A stretch of 64,000 nucleotides of DNA. It comes from Podarcis pityusensis (Eukaryota). Of the stretch, positions 25,863 through 35,889 are shown piece after piece. How positions within the stretch are numbered: the stretch's first letter is position 1; every line of letters begins with the position of its first letter. The stretch lies in assembly GCA_964106645.2 (NCBI GenBank), contig CAXKZF020000232.1. The stretch is one strand, 5' to 3'. Under the pieces are notes generated by a model that was given only the letters and a program-made list of their open reading frames with translations, searched no databases and was not told where the DNA came from. The translations under genes and the position numbers were made by a program.

Positions 25863-28800
25863 TAGTTCGTGCCTCTCTGTAGTGCCGCCGCGTTCTGACG
25901 GTTGTTGCTCTGTGCGAGCACCCGACCGTCGATGCTCAGCGTCACGTTGTTGCTCGCTGCGATCAGCGCACGGTCAGCGGGAGCGAGCTCCACCATCATA
26001 ACAGATGGGTAGGACGGAGCCGCGGGGATCGTCCCTGTGTTCCGCATGTGCTCCAGCGCGGGGCGACCGATGGCTGCCGTTGCCGAAGCAGGCATCACGA
26101 ACTCCTGGCCGTGCACGAGACCAGCGATCTCGTCGCGTCCGATGTTGCCCGTGTAGCCACCCTTGCGGAAGGCCGTTGACATGTTGAGCGCGCTCTTGGT
26201 ACCGCCACCAGCCACGATGGGCTTCGTCGCGTTGAAGCCGGACTTCATGCCCTTGGCGACGTTGACACCCATGTTGTATCCGATGCCCGACCAGTTGGCC
26301 GACTTCACGGAGTTGGCGAGCGCGTTCGCTACCTTCGAGGGGCTGGCACCGTTGGAGAGTCCAGTGTTGAACTCAGCACCAGCGGACTTACCGCGAGAGT
26401 ACCATCCGTTGACCTCGACGCTGCGGAGCAGTGTGATGCCGACGTTGTTCTCGCTGTAGCCGCCCTTGATGCCCTCAGCGTACTGGGTACCAGCACCCTT
26501 ACCGCGTGAGTACCAGCCGACCGTCGAGGTGGACTTGTCCAGGAACTCGCCGGGGTTGATGCGACCGTCGAAGCCGATGCTCACACCAGCGCCGAGGTCA
26601 CGACCCAGGCCGCGACCCTTCATCGACCACGATCCGCCACGGAGGCCAGCCAGCACCTTCGAATCAGGCTTAGCAGCACTAAAGCCGCGCTTCACACCCT
26701 CGCTCAGGTTCGAGCCGAAGACGTGACCGCGTGTGCGCCAGCCACCGTTCGTGCCGGACTTCGCCACACCGCCGACCAGGTTCTCAGCGATCGCCTTGCC
26801 GACTGGCTCCCACTTGTCAGGATCGCCCGCGATGGCGTTCTTGATGTTCTTGTTCAGCTTCGTCGTGTTGGCGCGCTTGACACCATCAGCGGTAGAGCGG
26901 AGCACGTTGCGACCGATTGCAAGGCCGATGCTCGTCGTGTACTGAGGTGTCGTGGAGGTGTTCTCAGTCAGCGACTCCCAGAAGGTGTCCCACCAGTTCT
27001 TGCCTGTCTCCTCTGCGGCCTCAGCCACATCGGGTCCCATGCGGTCGCCCAGGTCAGGACCTGTACCACCCTCACCAAAGGTCGGGTCGTAGATGTCGTA
27101 GCCGTCACGAGGAGCGACGATGCGCGTACCGTCGTTGAGCGGCAGGTTGTTGTTCTTCTTGACACCGAACAGGTCGCCCAGATCAGGGAGCGCAGGCATC
27201 GGGATGTCGAGACCACCAAGGCCGCCACCCAGACCGCCACCGAATCCACCGGAGTAGGCACGACCGGCACGACGGCCAGCCGCCTCAGCGCGGGACGCTG
27301 CCTCAGCGTCGAACTCAGCGAGAGCCTGGAGTGCAGGGTCGGAGTTGAGCGACACGTTGACGTTGTACGGAACGCGGGCGATGATCTTGCCGAAGTCATC
27401 GAATGCCTTGCCGTACTCGCCCAGCTCGGAAGCCGAGAAGCCAGCAGCGACGCCCTGCGCCATGAACTGCGCCTTGAGCTGACGCGCCGTAGCCTGGAGC
27501 TTCGACTGGCTCACGCCAGACGCAGCCAGCGCCAGGAGGTAGTCCTGGTACGAGTCAGCCAGACCGATGATGTTCGCACGGTTCTCGCGAGCAGCCTTGC
27601 TGTCGCCAGTCAGGCCGGATGCCAGGTTCTCCTGAGCCTCAGCACGATCCTTCTGCGCGTCGGTCAGGTCCTTCTGCTTGTCCGCCATGTCGGCGTCGAT
27701 CTTCGCCAGTTCGGCGCGGATCTCGTCAGCGCGCAGCGAGTCCTTGTACGCCTCAGCGATGCCGAGGAAGTACAGCTTGATGTTCTTGTCAGCCGCGAGC
27801 TCAGCCATGCTGGCACGAGTCTCGGCGATCTCCTGGTTGGCGTCAGCCATCGCCTCGCGTGCATCTGCGATGCGGTCTGCGATGTCAGCCCAGCCAGCCG
27901 TGATCTTGTCCATCGCCTGACCCGCACCGAAGCGGATCTCGAAGGCACGGCCCATGACCTTGCGGAGGTCGTTCGTGTAGTCCACGAGTGTGCGGACTTC
28001 CGTCTTCGCCTCAGCGGCGGAGTTGGCGAGCGAGTCGCGGTTGCCGCCAGTGCGGCGTCCACCAAGGCTACGAGACGTACGCGCTGTCGATGCAGCCGCG
28101 CGCTTCTGAGCGTTCTGGTACACGGTGTTCATGTACGTGCTCAGCTCGGAGACGCCCGTCTGTGCGCCGTTGGCGGAACGCTGGAGATTAGCCATGCTAA
28201 TCCCGGCCATGCTGGAGACACCCTGCGCCTGGAGCGCCTGGAGAATCGCCATGACATCGAGACCGTTGGCCTTGAGCGTGGCGAACAGGCTGTTGATCGA
28301 GTCAGCAGCGGAGATACCCTGGCTTGCACCAGCGACGATCGCGCTTCCGACGAGAGCCTGGAAGTTGGCGACGTTGACCTGACCCTCAGCGGCAACCGCC
28401 GAGAAGATCATTCCACCCTCAGCGATGCCCATGGCGAAGTCACGCATGGCAGTGCCGAGCTCACCGAGCATCGTCGGCATGCTGAACTCAGTAGCCAGCA
28501 CGTCAGCGACGGTCTGGAGTTCGCCACCAGCCTCAGAGGCAGAGTCAGCGAGGTAGTACATCGCCTCGGAGCCGACCATCGCCTCACCAGCGACGTAGCC
28601 GATGCCGTGCTCGATCTCGCTGAGGATGAGGTTGAACAGGTCGCCCTCGGTGATCACACCGTCGAAGCCAGCCTCAAGTTCACCGGCACCCTCAGCACCC
28701 GTGATCATCGCCTGTGCCAGTTCAGGCATGGCGGTCAGCAGGTCGCGCATCGCAGACTCGGACAGGTCCATGTCCTGAGCGAAGTTGATGAACGCACCGC

Positions 28801-31357
28801 GCATCGCCTGGCTGTCGCCAAGCGCCATCATGCCCTGCTCGATGTCTCCGAGCGCGCCAACGATACCTGACGCGTTCAGGTCCATGTAGCCCGCGATGTT
28901 GCCCCACTCAACGAATGCGTTGCGTGAGCGCTGAGCGATCAAGTCGAGGTACTGGGGAACGCGCGCTAGGTTGTCCGTGTCGAACGGGCGCAGGTTGACG
29001 CCCTGGTTCGCCAGGTTGAACAGGCGAGTGGCGCTGGCGCTCTCGTTGAGCGCAGCCGTGTACGCGTCGCTCTGCGCATGCGTGGACTCGATGCCCATAC
29101 GCAGTGCTTCGAGGCCAGCGATACCAACGCCGATGGCGATGGTCCACGGCGACATCAGGAATGCCGCGCCCTTGCTCAGAGCGTTGGTCAGACGGTTGCC
29201 ACCGTCAGCACCGCCGATGAGCACCTGGCGAAGAGCCTGCACGTTGGACACGGCAGACGCGCCGGTAGCCGCGGTGTACGCAGCCGTCGCGGCAGTAGCC
29301 GCCTGCATGCGGATGGTCGTCTCGTTGAGCTTGCCAGCGAGACCAGTCTGCGCGATGTTGGCGCGACCGATAGCGCCAGTGTTGGCGTTGACGGCCATCG
29401 TGTTCTGAGCGTCAGCGACGGACTTCTCCATCATCGCCAGCTTGGCGACTTCGATCTCCGTGGTCAGCACGCGCATGGCTGTGCGACCAGCGATGATTGC
29501 AGCGGTGAACAGCGTCACCGTTCCAGCCACGAGGCCGACCGCAGCACCGGCAGTCGCGAGACCGCCGAGCACAGCGAGCAGACCCTGGAGCATCGGGCTC
29601 TGAGAGATCAGGTCAGCCAGCGCCTTCGCAGCCTCAGTCGCACCCACCACGAGCGGACCGAACGCAGACAGTGCCGACCCAGCCGTGACAGCGAACAGCG
29701 CGTGCAGCGAGTTCATCAGCATCTGGAGACGCGAAGCCAGTGTGCCAGCCTGCACGTCGAACGCAGCCTGGAGCTGAGTCCCCTCAGTGAAGCCGTCGTT
29801 AGCGTAGCTAATAGCGCTGGTCAGCTCGTCGTAGTTCTGCGAGAGCACAGCGAGCACCTGGCGGTCCTGGGAGTTCACGACACCCAGGCGGTTCATCGTC
29901 TGGTACAGGTCCTCGCCACCCTGGCGAGCTTCCTCCATGCCACGGAGGAGGTCGATGAATGTCGTCGCAGCAGAGTCGCGCCAGTCAGCCTCGAACGACT
30001 GAGCGGAACGGCCCGAGAGCGCAGCGAACTCGTTGAGGCTCGCGCCACCACCAGCGATGGCGTCAGAGATCACACCGAAGATACGGGTCAGACCACCGCG
30101 AGAGAGGTACGGGTTGATACCCACGGAGCGCATGGCTGCCGCGAATCCGATAACCTCGTCAGCGGAGAAGCCAGCCTGCGAACCGACAGCGGCGATCTGC
30201 GTGGCAGTACCGATGATGTCGGACTCGGTAGCGACAGAGTTCACACCGACGTTGAGGATCGAGCTACCCAGCGCATCGTAGTTGTCGCGCACGTCAGGGA
30301 GCAGGCCGTTGAGACGACCGAACGCCTCGGCGGCTGTGCCAGCCTGCACGTTCGTCGTCATGCCGAACTGCGCCACCGACTCGGTGAAGCCAGCTAGGTT
30401 CTCCTGCGAGATATTGAGCTGACCACCCAGCGTAGCAATCTCGCTGATGTCAGCGAACGCGATCGGGATGGTGCTTGCGAGGTCACGGAGGTCGCCCGAG
30501 AAGTTCTGGAGGGCGAGCCCAGTCATGCCGGACGTACGGCTGATCTGCGCGAGCGCAGTCTCGTAGTCCATGGCAGCGCTGACCATGCCGAGCATAGCCG
30601 CACCGAGCGCGAACGATCCGGCAGCGAGCGAGGCTCCCGCCGCGAACATCGCGTAGCGGGCGTTAGTGAGCCTATTGGTAGCCGCTTCCTCTTCCTGGAG
30701 GTGGGCCACGAGGGCGCGCTGCGGGCCGAGCGTAGCGTCAAGGCTCTGACGGTAGCGCTCCATGTCCGCGATGATGTTGGCATTGATCATGCCAGGGACG
30801 GCCTTGGGGATGAGACCCATGCGTCCCGCGGTAGCCTGCGCGGAGTTGACGTTGACGTTCTTGCCGCGCTCTGCTGCTAGTGCAGCGGCGCGACCGATCT
30901 CACCGTACTCAGCCTCGATGAGTTCGAGCTGGCGGTGCCATTCCTTGCCCGACAGTGTTGCGAGCTTCTGGACCTGTGCAGTGCGCTCAGCCTCGACGCG
31001 AGCGTTGCGAGCAGACGCTACCTCTTCGAGGCGCGCTGCTGGGTTGTTGTACTGCGAGTTGCGGTAGTGGCGGTTGACGATCGCATCCGGCGCACGGTTA
31101 CTCGTGTCGCCAAGCGACTTCTGTAGTCGGCTGATGCGCTCAAGCTGGTCGCCCTGTGCCTTGAGTGCCGCAGACGATGTGGTCGCGGAACGAGCAAGGG
31201 ACTTAGCCATCGTCTCAGCGCTGCGGCTGGTCTGGTTAAGTCCCTTGCCCAGCGCACCGATCTGCGCTGAGATACCTTCGAGCGCACTGATCGCATTATC
31301 GAGACCCTTAGTATTGCTATTAAGGTCTACATCAATGCCAATGCGCTCGTCGGCCAT
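25862..31357 (-). CDS. tape measure protein
   Basis: 1831 aa, Ala/Gly-rich, TP901-type core, GGYTG...AGLVHGQEFV. Confidence 0.93.
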   Translation of the reverse strand: MADERIGIDVDLNSNTKGLDNAISALEGISAQIGALGKGLNQTSRSAETMAKSLARSATTSSAALKAQGDQLERISRLQKSLGDTSNRAPDAIVNRHYRNSQYNNPAARLEEVASARNARVEAERTAQVQKLATLSGKEWHRQLELIEAEYGEIGRAAALAAERGKNVNVNSAQATAGRMGLIPKAVPGMINANIIADMERYRQSLDATLGPQRALVAHLQEEEAATNRLTNARYAMFAAGASLAAGSFALGAAMLGMVSAAMDYETALAQISRTSGMTGLALQNFSGDLRDLASTIPIAFADISEIATLGGQLNISQENLAGFTESVAQFGMTTNVQAGTAAEAFGRLNGLLPDVRDNYDALGSSILNVGVNSVATESDIIGTATQIAAVGSQAGFSADEVIGFAAAMRSVGINPYLSRGGLTRIFGVISDAIAGGGASLNEFAALSGRSAQSFEADWRDSAATTFIDLLRGMEEARQGGEDLYQTMNRLGVVNSQDRQVLAVLSQNYDELTSAISYANDGFTEGTQLQAAFDVQAGTLASRLQMLMNSLHALFAVTAGSALSAFGPLVVGATEAAKALADLISQSPMLQGLLAVLGGLATAGAAVGLVAGTVTLFTAAIIAGRTAMRVLTTEIEVAKLAMMEKSVADAQNTMAVNANTGAIGRANIAQTGLAGKLNETTIRMQAATAATAAYTAATGASAVSNVQALRQVLIGGADGGNRLTNALSKGAAFLMSPWTIAIGVGIAGLEALRMGIESTHAQSDAYTAALNESASATRLFNLANQGVNLRPFDTDNLARVPQYLDLIAQRSRNAFVEWGNIAGYMDLNASGIVGALGDIEQGMMALGDSQAMRGAFINFAQDMDLSESAMRDLLTAMPELAQAMITGAEGAGELEAGFDGVITEGDLFNLILSEIEHGIGYVAGEAMVGSEAMYYLADSASEAGGELQTVADVLATEFSMPTMLGELGTAMRDFAMGIAEGGMIFSAVAAEGQVNVANFQALVGSAIVAGASQGISAADSINSLFATLKANGLDVMAILQALQAQGVSSMAGISMANLQRSANGAQTGVSELSTYMNTVYQNAQKRAAASTARTSRSLGGRRTGGNRDSLANSAAEAKTEVRTLVDYTNDLRKVMGRAFEIRFGAGQAMDKITAGWADIADRIADAREAMADANQEIAETRASMAELAADKNIKLYFLGIAEAYKDSLRADEIRAELAKIDADMADKQKDLTDAQKDRAEAQENLASGLTGDSKAARENRANIIGLADSYQDYLLALAASGVSQSKLQATARQLKAQFMAQGVAAGFSASELGEYGKAFDDFGKIIARVPYNVNVSLNSDPALQALAEFDAEAASRAEAAGRRAGRAYSGGFGGGLGGGLGGLDIPMPALPDLGDLFGVKKNNNLPLNDGTRIVAPRDGYDIYDPTFGEGGTGPDLGDRMGPDVAEAAEETGKNWWDTFWESLTENTSTTPQYTTSIGLAIGRNVLRSTADGVKRANTTKLNKNIKNAIAGDPDKWEPVGKAIAENLVGGVAKSGTNGGWRTRGHVFGSNLSEGVKRGFSAAKPDSKVLAGLRGGSWSMKGRGLGRDLGAGVSIGFDGRINPGEFLDKSTSTVGWYSRGKGAGTQYAEGIKGGYSENNVGITLLRSVEVNGWYSRGKSAGAEFNTGLSNGASPSKVANALANSVKSANWSGIGYNMGVNVAKGMKSGFNATKPIVAGGGTKSALNMSTAFRKGGYTGNIGRDEIAGLVHGQEFVMPASATAAIGRPALEHMRNTGTIPAAPSYPSVMMVELAPADRALIAASNNVTLSIDGRVLAQSNNRQNAAALQRGTN

Positions 31358-31360
31358 CGT

Positions 31361-31786
31361 TTAGTCTTCCTGTAGTGATCGTAGCCACTCGTGGCGAGTG
31401 GGCATCTGCTTGTCGAACAGCATGACTGGCTCGACGTATTCAAACTCTCCTGGCTTGAGTTCCTGCTTCTTCTTCTGCCGCTTGTCGCGTGTCCGCTCCA
31501 GAGCCTTGCTGGAGTAGCACACTGCCGTGCGTACTACGAAGTCGAGGTTCGCATCATCAGAGCGGCAGATCCATAGTGGCTGTCCACACTTCGGGCAAGT
31601 CTGCTTCTTGAGGATGTGCGCCGCGACAGCGAGCTTCTTGTCCGTGTCATCCCAGTCGTCGCTGGGCTGTCGGTTCTTGTAGACCAGTGTCGTCGGCGGC
31701 ATCCTCAGGTCCAACGCAGCCTCGATGGACTGCATCATTCCGAAGTTCTTGCCTCGGCTCAGTACGTCAGCTAGAAAACCCGGCAT
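31361..31786 (-). CDS. tail assembly chaperone, downstream (frameshift) ORF
   Basis: Overlaps the end of the TAC ORF at GGGTTTT; CPKCG motif. Confidence 0.7.
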   Translation of the reverse strand: MPGFLADVLSRGKNFGMMQSIEAALDLRMPPTTLVYKNRQPSDDWDDTDKKLAVAAHILKKQTCPKCGQPLWICRSDDANLDFVVRTAVCYSSKALERTRDKRQKKKQELKPGEFEYVEPVMLFDKQMPTRHEWLRSLQED

Positions 31787-32294
31787 CGACGCTGTCGTTG
31801 AACAGCTTCGCGTCGAAGTTGACGATGTTCACACCGTCAGCCAGCTTCTCATACTCGGACGGGAGCAGGACGCCACGGAGGTGTGCTGCGCGGGCTGTGT
31901 CCCACGAGCGCTTGTCCTCGCGACCGTCAGCGGTGACGACCTTCTGGATCGACGCAGCGGTCAGGCTGTCCGTGCTTTCGAGGAATCGCTTCACGCGCTC
32001 CTCGTCGTTGATGTCCTTCGAGTTAATGTTCATCTTGCTCATCATCACCTCGATGACCTTGGGTGCCAGGCCGCGGAGGGTGAAGGTCAGCGCGCTGTCC
32101 TCGATCTCCTTGCGGAGGGCAGTCAGCTTGTCACCGTCCTGCGTCTCCTCGTCGCTTGCCAGGAGCTCGCGGAGCTCGATGGCTGCCTTGCCATTGGTGT
32201 AGACCTTGACGGTCTTCTCGGGGTAGTTGGAGCCCTCGATGAATGCGATGATATCGAAGTCTTCGGGGTCTAGGGGGGTGTTCTCTGTGCTCAT
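31767..32294 (-). CDS. tail assembly chaperone
   Basis: Position between tail tube and tape measure genes. Confidence 0.75.
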   Translation of the reverse strand: MSTENTPLDPEDFDIIAFIEGSNYPEKTVKVYTNGKAAIELRELLASDEETQDGDKLTALRKEIEDSALTFTLRGLAPKVIEVMMSKMNINSKDINDEERVKRFLESTDSLTAASIQKVVTADGREDKRSWDTARAAHLRGVLLPSEYEKLADGVNIVNFDAKLFNDSVDAGFSS

Positions 32295-32313
32295 GTGAAC
32301 ATCCTATCACATG

Positions 32314-32353
32314 AAGAAAGCTACCCACCCCGGAGAAGAGGGTGGGTAGCTTC
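32314..32353 (-). terminator. terminator after major tail gene
   Basis: AAGCTACCCACCC/GGGTGGGTAGCTT followed by TCTTC on the - strand. Confidence 0.75.
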
Positions 32354-32369
32354 CTATATGAGCACAGGG

Positions 32370-33140
32370 TTAGGCGGAGACCGTAACTGCCTGCGTTACC
32401 GGAGCGGTCGCTCCGGGGTGTGTCACGCTGATGGTAGCGGTACCAGCAGCGATGCCCTTGATCACGCCGCTCTGAGAGACGGTGACCTTGGTTGTGTCAG
32501 ACGAGCTGTACTTGGCAGTCGCACGGATGTCCGTACCCGACAGGGTAGGAACGATCGTCTTTGCGCCACCGACAGTGAGCGTCTGAGTCGTCGCGACACC
32601 CGTGATCGCAGCAGGCGTTGCCGCCTGGACGACCGTGTAGGTGTGCATGATGCCCTGCGGGAGGAAGTTGACCGTGAACTTCACGCTGTCGTCGCCCTCG
32701 GTGTCGTCCACGATGGCGTCAGCCACGAAGCGGAAGACCGAGACGCGATCGCCAGCAGCGAACGGCTGGTCCCACTTCTTCTCAGCGACGCGCATCACGA
32801 GGTACCCGTAGGTGCGCGGCGTGCGGAAGGTCTGGAACGCCTTCACGTAGTCAGAGGTCGTGTCGTTCGGGTTAGCGTCGCGGAAGAACGAGAGCGTAGC
32901 CTCGAAGTTCGCGAAGCCGCGAGTGACAGCGTTGCCGGGGTCCGTGATGCCACGGTCCTCAACGTCGTCAGAGTCCGTTGCTCCCAGGCTCCAGTCCTGC
33001 CAAGCAACAGCAGGGCTGAGGTCCTGCGTGCCCGCACCGTTCAGGATTGTGACCGAGGGCGCAGCAGCCTGCGCCGGAGTCATCGCGCTGTCGAGAACCC
33101 ATGCGACCTTCGTGTATTCGTTAGAGGTGATCTTTGCCAT
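32370..33140 (-). CDS. major tail protein with C-terminal Ig-like (Big_2) domain
   Basis: Tail tube motifs; YSSSDTTKVTVS.SG.I.GIAAGTATI. Confidence 0.85.
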   Translation of the reverse strand: MAKITSNEYTKVAWVLDSAMTPAQAAAPSVTILNGAGTQDLSPAVAWQDWSLGATDSDDVEDRGITDPGNAVTRGFANFEATLSFFRDANPNDTTSDYVKAFQTFRTPRTYGYLVMRVAEKKWDQPFAAGDRVSVFRFVADAIVDDTEGDDSVKFTVNFLPQGIMHTYTVVQAATPAAITGVATTQTLTVGGAKTIVPTLSGTDIRATAKYSSSDTTKVTVSQSGVIKGIAAGTATISVTHPGATAPVTQAVTVSA

Positions 33141-33149
33141 GTTGTATCC

Positions 33150-33680
33150 TTACGCCAGTGTGACGTTTGTGTAGAGCTGTCCGCTCGTCTTGAAGCGCGA
33201 ACCGAACAGGATGTTCTCACCGTCACCGAGGATGTCGGTCGGGTAGTCAGTCGTCACGCCGTAGACGCTGACGATCTGGCCCGCAGCGAGCGCCGTACCC
33301 TGAGGCACGCCGATGCGCTTGAGGATGTAGAACGGGAGGTCGGGAGCAGAGAACAGACGAACCGGGAGGTCGTACACTGCGACCGCTGCACCAGCGGCGA
33401 CGGGTCCGTTGCGGAAGCTGTCGAACGTTACCTCGTAGTTGTAGAACGTCGGCGTCTCCACGTTGCCGATGTCGCAGATCGAGATAGAGTCGTCAGTGTC
33501 AGAGTCCGTGAGGTTGATGCTCACAGAGTCGTCGGTCAGGGCGCACGAAATGTCGAACCCGAGTCCAGCCGTCACTGCCGCCTGGAGGGCGGTTCCTGTC
33601 AGGTTAGCCCAGTTCGGGATAGCCTCAGGGTAGAAGGCGTAGACAGAGAAGTTGCCTCGAAGAAGCTTAGTACCTGCCAT
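33150..33680 (-). CDS. second tail tube protein paralog
   Basis: Aligns with 32370..33140 (DISCA/DLSPA, TDSD, D.GN, N.E.T..FR). Confidence 0.75.
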   Translation of the reverse strand: MAGTKLLRGNFSVYAFYPEAIPNWANLTGTALQAAVTAGLGFDISCALTDDSVSINLTDSDTDDSISICDIGNVETPTFYNYEVTFDSFRNGPVAAGAAVAVYDLPVRLFSAPDLPFYILKRIGVPQGTALAAGQIVSVYGVTTDYPTDILGDGENILFGSRFKTSGQLYTNVTLA

Positions 33681-33682
33681 GT

Positions 33683-33922
33683 TTATTCCTTGTCAGTCGT
33701 AGTCTCGTCGGTAGCAACCTTGCGGGTGCTACGTACAGCGGTACGCTGCTCGACGGGAAGTTCGTGGGTGTCGTCCAGGACAACCTTGTCCTCTTCGTAT
33801 TCCTCCCGCGTGTCCTCATCGACCAGCTCTAGCAGGTCCTTGAAGGCAGGGTGGTCTACGTAGTGGGCGGGGTACTGTGCCTCGATGCCCGTTTCCGTGT
33901 TTCTGAATGTCTTGAAGTCCAT
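33683..33922 (-). CDS. hypothetical virion-region protein
   Basis: RBS, synteny. Confidence 0.65.
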   Translation of the reverse strand: MDFKTFRNTETGIEAQYPAHYVDHPAFKDLLELVDEDTREEYEEDKVVLDDTHELPVEQRTAVRSTRKVATDETTTDKE

Positions 33923-33946
33923 ATGAGTTCCTATCTTAGTATAGCA

Positions 33947-34375
33947 TCAACTGAGATTGAACAGGTACGAAAATCCGACGACCTGGACGTAACGGTTGTA
34001 ACCGAGGTCCGCGTCTACGAATGAGTAGCCTGTATTGACGATCAGTGCGCTGCCGTCCGTGGGGCGGAACCCCACGAGACTGTCGCGTACCTTGTCCTTC
34101 ACTTCCTGTGCCACCTCGTCATACGGGGCGACCATGTAGACCGTGAAGGTTGCGCGCTGTGTATCCTTGCGCGGTCCTGCGAGCCCGTTGTCGCGGGCGA
34201 ACTCATACGAGCCGCCGAACGCCACGAGCACGTATGGCTGGAAGAGGCCGTTGGCGTCGGCCTCGGGGGCGTACCCGTCATCCAGGTACGCCCCTCTCTG
34301 CACGTAGACACCAGTGCCTAGATCCTGCTTCATCTTGGCGATGATTTCCTTCTCGCCGGGAAGTGTTGCCAGCAT
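33947..34375 (-). CDS. tail terminator
   Basis: PYVLV motif, synteny. Confidence 0.65.
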   Translation of the reverse strand: MLATLPGEKEIIAKMKQDLGTGVYVQRGAYLDDGYAPEADANGLFQPYVLVAFGGSYEFARDNGLAGPRKDTQRATFTVYMVAPYDEVAQEVKDKVRDSLVGFRPTDGSALIVNTGYSFVDADLGYNRYVQVVGFSYLFNLS

Positions 34376-34998
34376 CAGCCGTCTGCCCCTTCGTCAATAG
34401 TGCTGCTAAGAACCTGTCGCCAGGTGCTTCCCAGCGCTGTTGCGTTGCGGCGTCGTGTGCCACGGATCGAGCCGAGGAAGTCACCGCGGATGTCACGAGC
34501 GAGCTGCTTCATGTCATTCGTCATTTCTTCCATCATCTGCCACTCGATCTCCTGCTGAGCTCGTCCCAGGGCGTTCATCGCTCGGACACCATCCTGCGTG
34601 CCGAACTCCTGGAAGAGCGTGTACTGCGGCATACCACGGAGCCAACCGAAGTCCACATGGAAGCGGACCTTCTTGTTGTTGAGCGTCGTGATGCCGTTAC
34701 CCTTCGTGGCAACGAATGCGTCGTGCATCTTGCCTGTCAGGTAGCGGCCCGCATACTTCCCGCCGTTTGCCTTGCGTTCACGGCCTGTCTTCGTCTCAAC
34801 TTCCTTCGACTCGCGGATGTACCAGCGAGTGTCACGGAGAATCGACGCGGCGCGGGACTGCATCTTCTGGAAGTAGTTCCCCGACGCCGAGACGGTGACC
34901 TCCTTTCCTGCCGTAATACCAGTCCGCAGGTTCTGGAGCTTCACCTGAGCCTGCTTGAGCTGGGAACTGCCGATGTGTAGGAACTGGTCACGCGCCAT
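34375..34998 (-). CDS. neck/tail completion protein (HK97 gp10-like)
   Basis: TGKM, YTLFQEFGT. Confidence 0.65.
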   Translation of the reverse strand: MARDQFLHIGSSQLKQAQVKLQNLRTGITAGKEVTVSASGNYFQKMQSRAASILRDTRWYIRESKEVETKTGRERKANGGKYAGRYLTGKMHDAFVATKGNGITTLNNKKVRFHVDFGWLRGMPQYTLFQEFGTQDGVRAMNALGRAQQEIEWQMMEEMTNDMKQLARDIRGDFLGSIRGTRRRNATALGSTWRQVLSSTIDEGADG

Positions 34999-35434
34999 TG
35001 TGAGCCTTCACGTTGGCCTCGGCTACCAGGTCGGTGATCCATGCGTTAGAGCTGCTAATCGTACCTCGCACTTCTAGTCGGAACTGTTCCAGGTCAGGAT
35101 TGTCGGGGCACGAGACCACTTCGATCTCGTCGTCCACCGCGATCCCGGTTCCCATTTCCTTGATCTGAACTCGCATCAGGCGTCGGCCTGTCGGGTCCTG
35201 AGCAACGATCTGGTCACCGATGATACCGAAGGGCTGGACACGAGCGTTGCCCGTGAAGACCTCGGTGATCGTCGTCCCGTCGTACTTCCCAGTCTCGAAG
35301 TTGTACGTCGGGCTGTCTCCGGTCGTGGTCTTGCGACGGACCACGATGGTCGCCAGCATGAAGTCGCCAGCGGTACGGCGGTTGTGGCGGGTCCAGCGCG
35401 GGTCCAGTGCGGACCGTGCGTTTACAGGTGCCAT
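34988..35434 (-). CDS. head-to-tail stopper
   Basis: Synteny; G.ARVQ, D.IEV motifs. Confidence 0.65.
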   Translation of the reverse strand: MAPVNARSALDPRWTRHNRRTAGDFMLATIVVRRKTTTGDSPTYNFETGKYDGTTITEVFTGNARVQPFGIIGDQIVAQDPTGRRLMRVQIKEMGTGIAVDDEIEVVSCPDNPDLEQFRLEVRGTISSSNAWITDLVAEANVKAHNGA

Positions 35435-35808
35435 TCCCTCTCCGTCAGCTCTGGACGTCCGCCCCAACCGTAGTCGATGATCTCGAACGAATTGTTCAGC
35501 ACATCTGCGTCCGCTGCGTCAGCAGCCTTGAGCAGCGTGTCTGCCTTCTTGATCAGGGCCTCAGCGACCTTGGCACCGTCAGTGCTCAGGTCCTGCGTCT
35601 TGATCGCCTTGTTGATCAGAGCCTCGGATACAGCGATCGCCAGCACGGCGAAGGCAGAAGCGCGAAGCTTGTTGCCGCTCGCAGCGGCGAAGTAGTGCCC
35701 GATCTGCTCGTCCGAGAACATGTACTCGTTCTCGCCTGGTCCGAAGACCGCAGCGTCATCTGGGATCAGGGCGCGAATCGCGCCAATCTCATCGGCTGTA
35801 GGTGTCAT
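35422..35808 (-). CDS. head-to-tail adaptor
   Basis: IRALIPD, FSDEQI, TQDLSTDG. Confidence 0.75.
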   Translation of the reverse strand: MTPTADEIGAIRALIPDDAAVFGPGENEYMFSDEQIGHYFAAASGNKLRASAFAVLAIAVSEALINKAIKTQDLSTDGAKVAEALIKKADTLLKAADAADADVLNNSFEIIDYGWGGRPELTEREWHL

Positions 35809-35889
35809 GTCTTCTCCTTATACGAGGAAACCCCCCACCCATGTTCGGGCGGGGGGTCCCCGTTAGCGGTGCTAAAGCTGGGTTACAGC

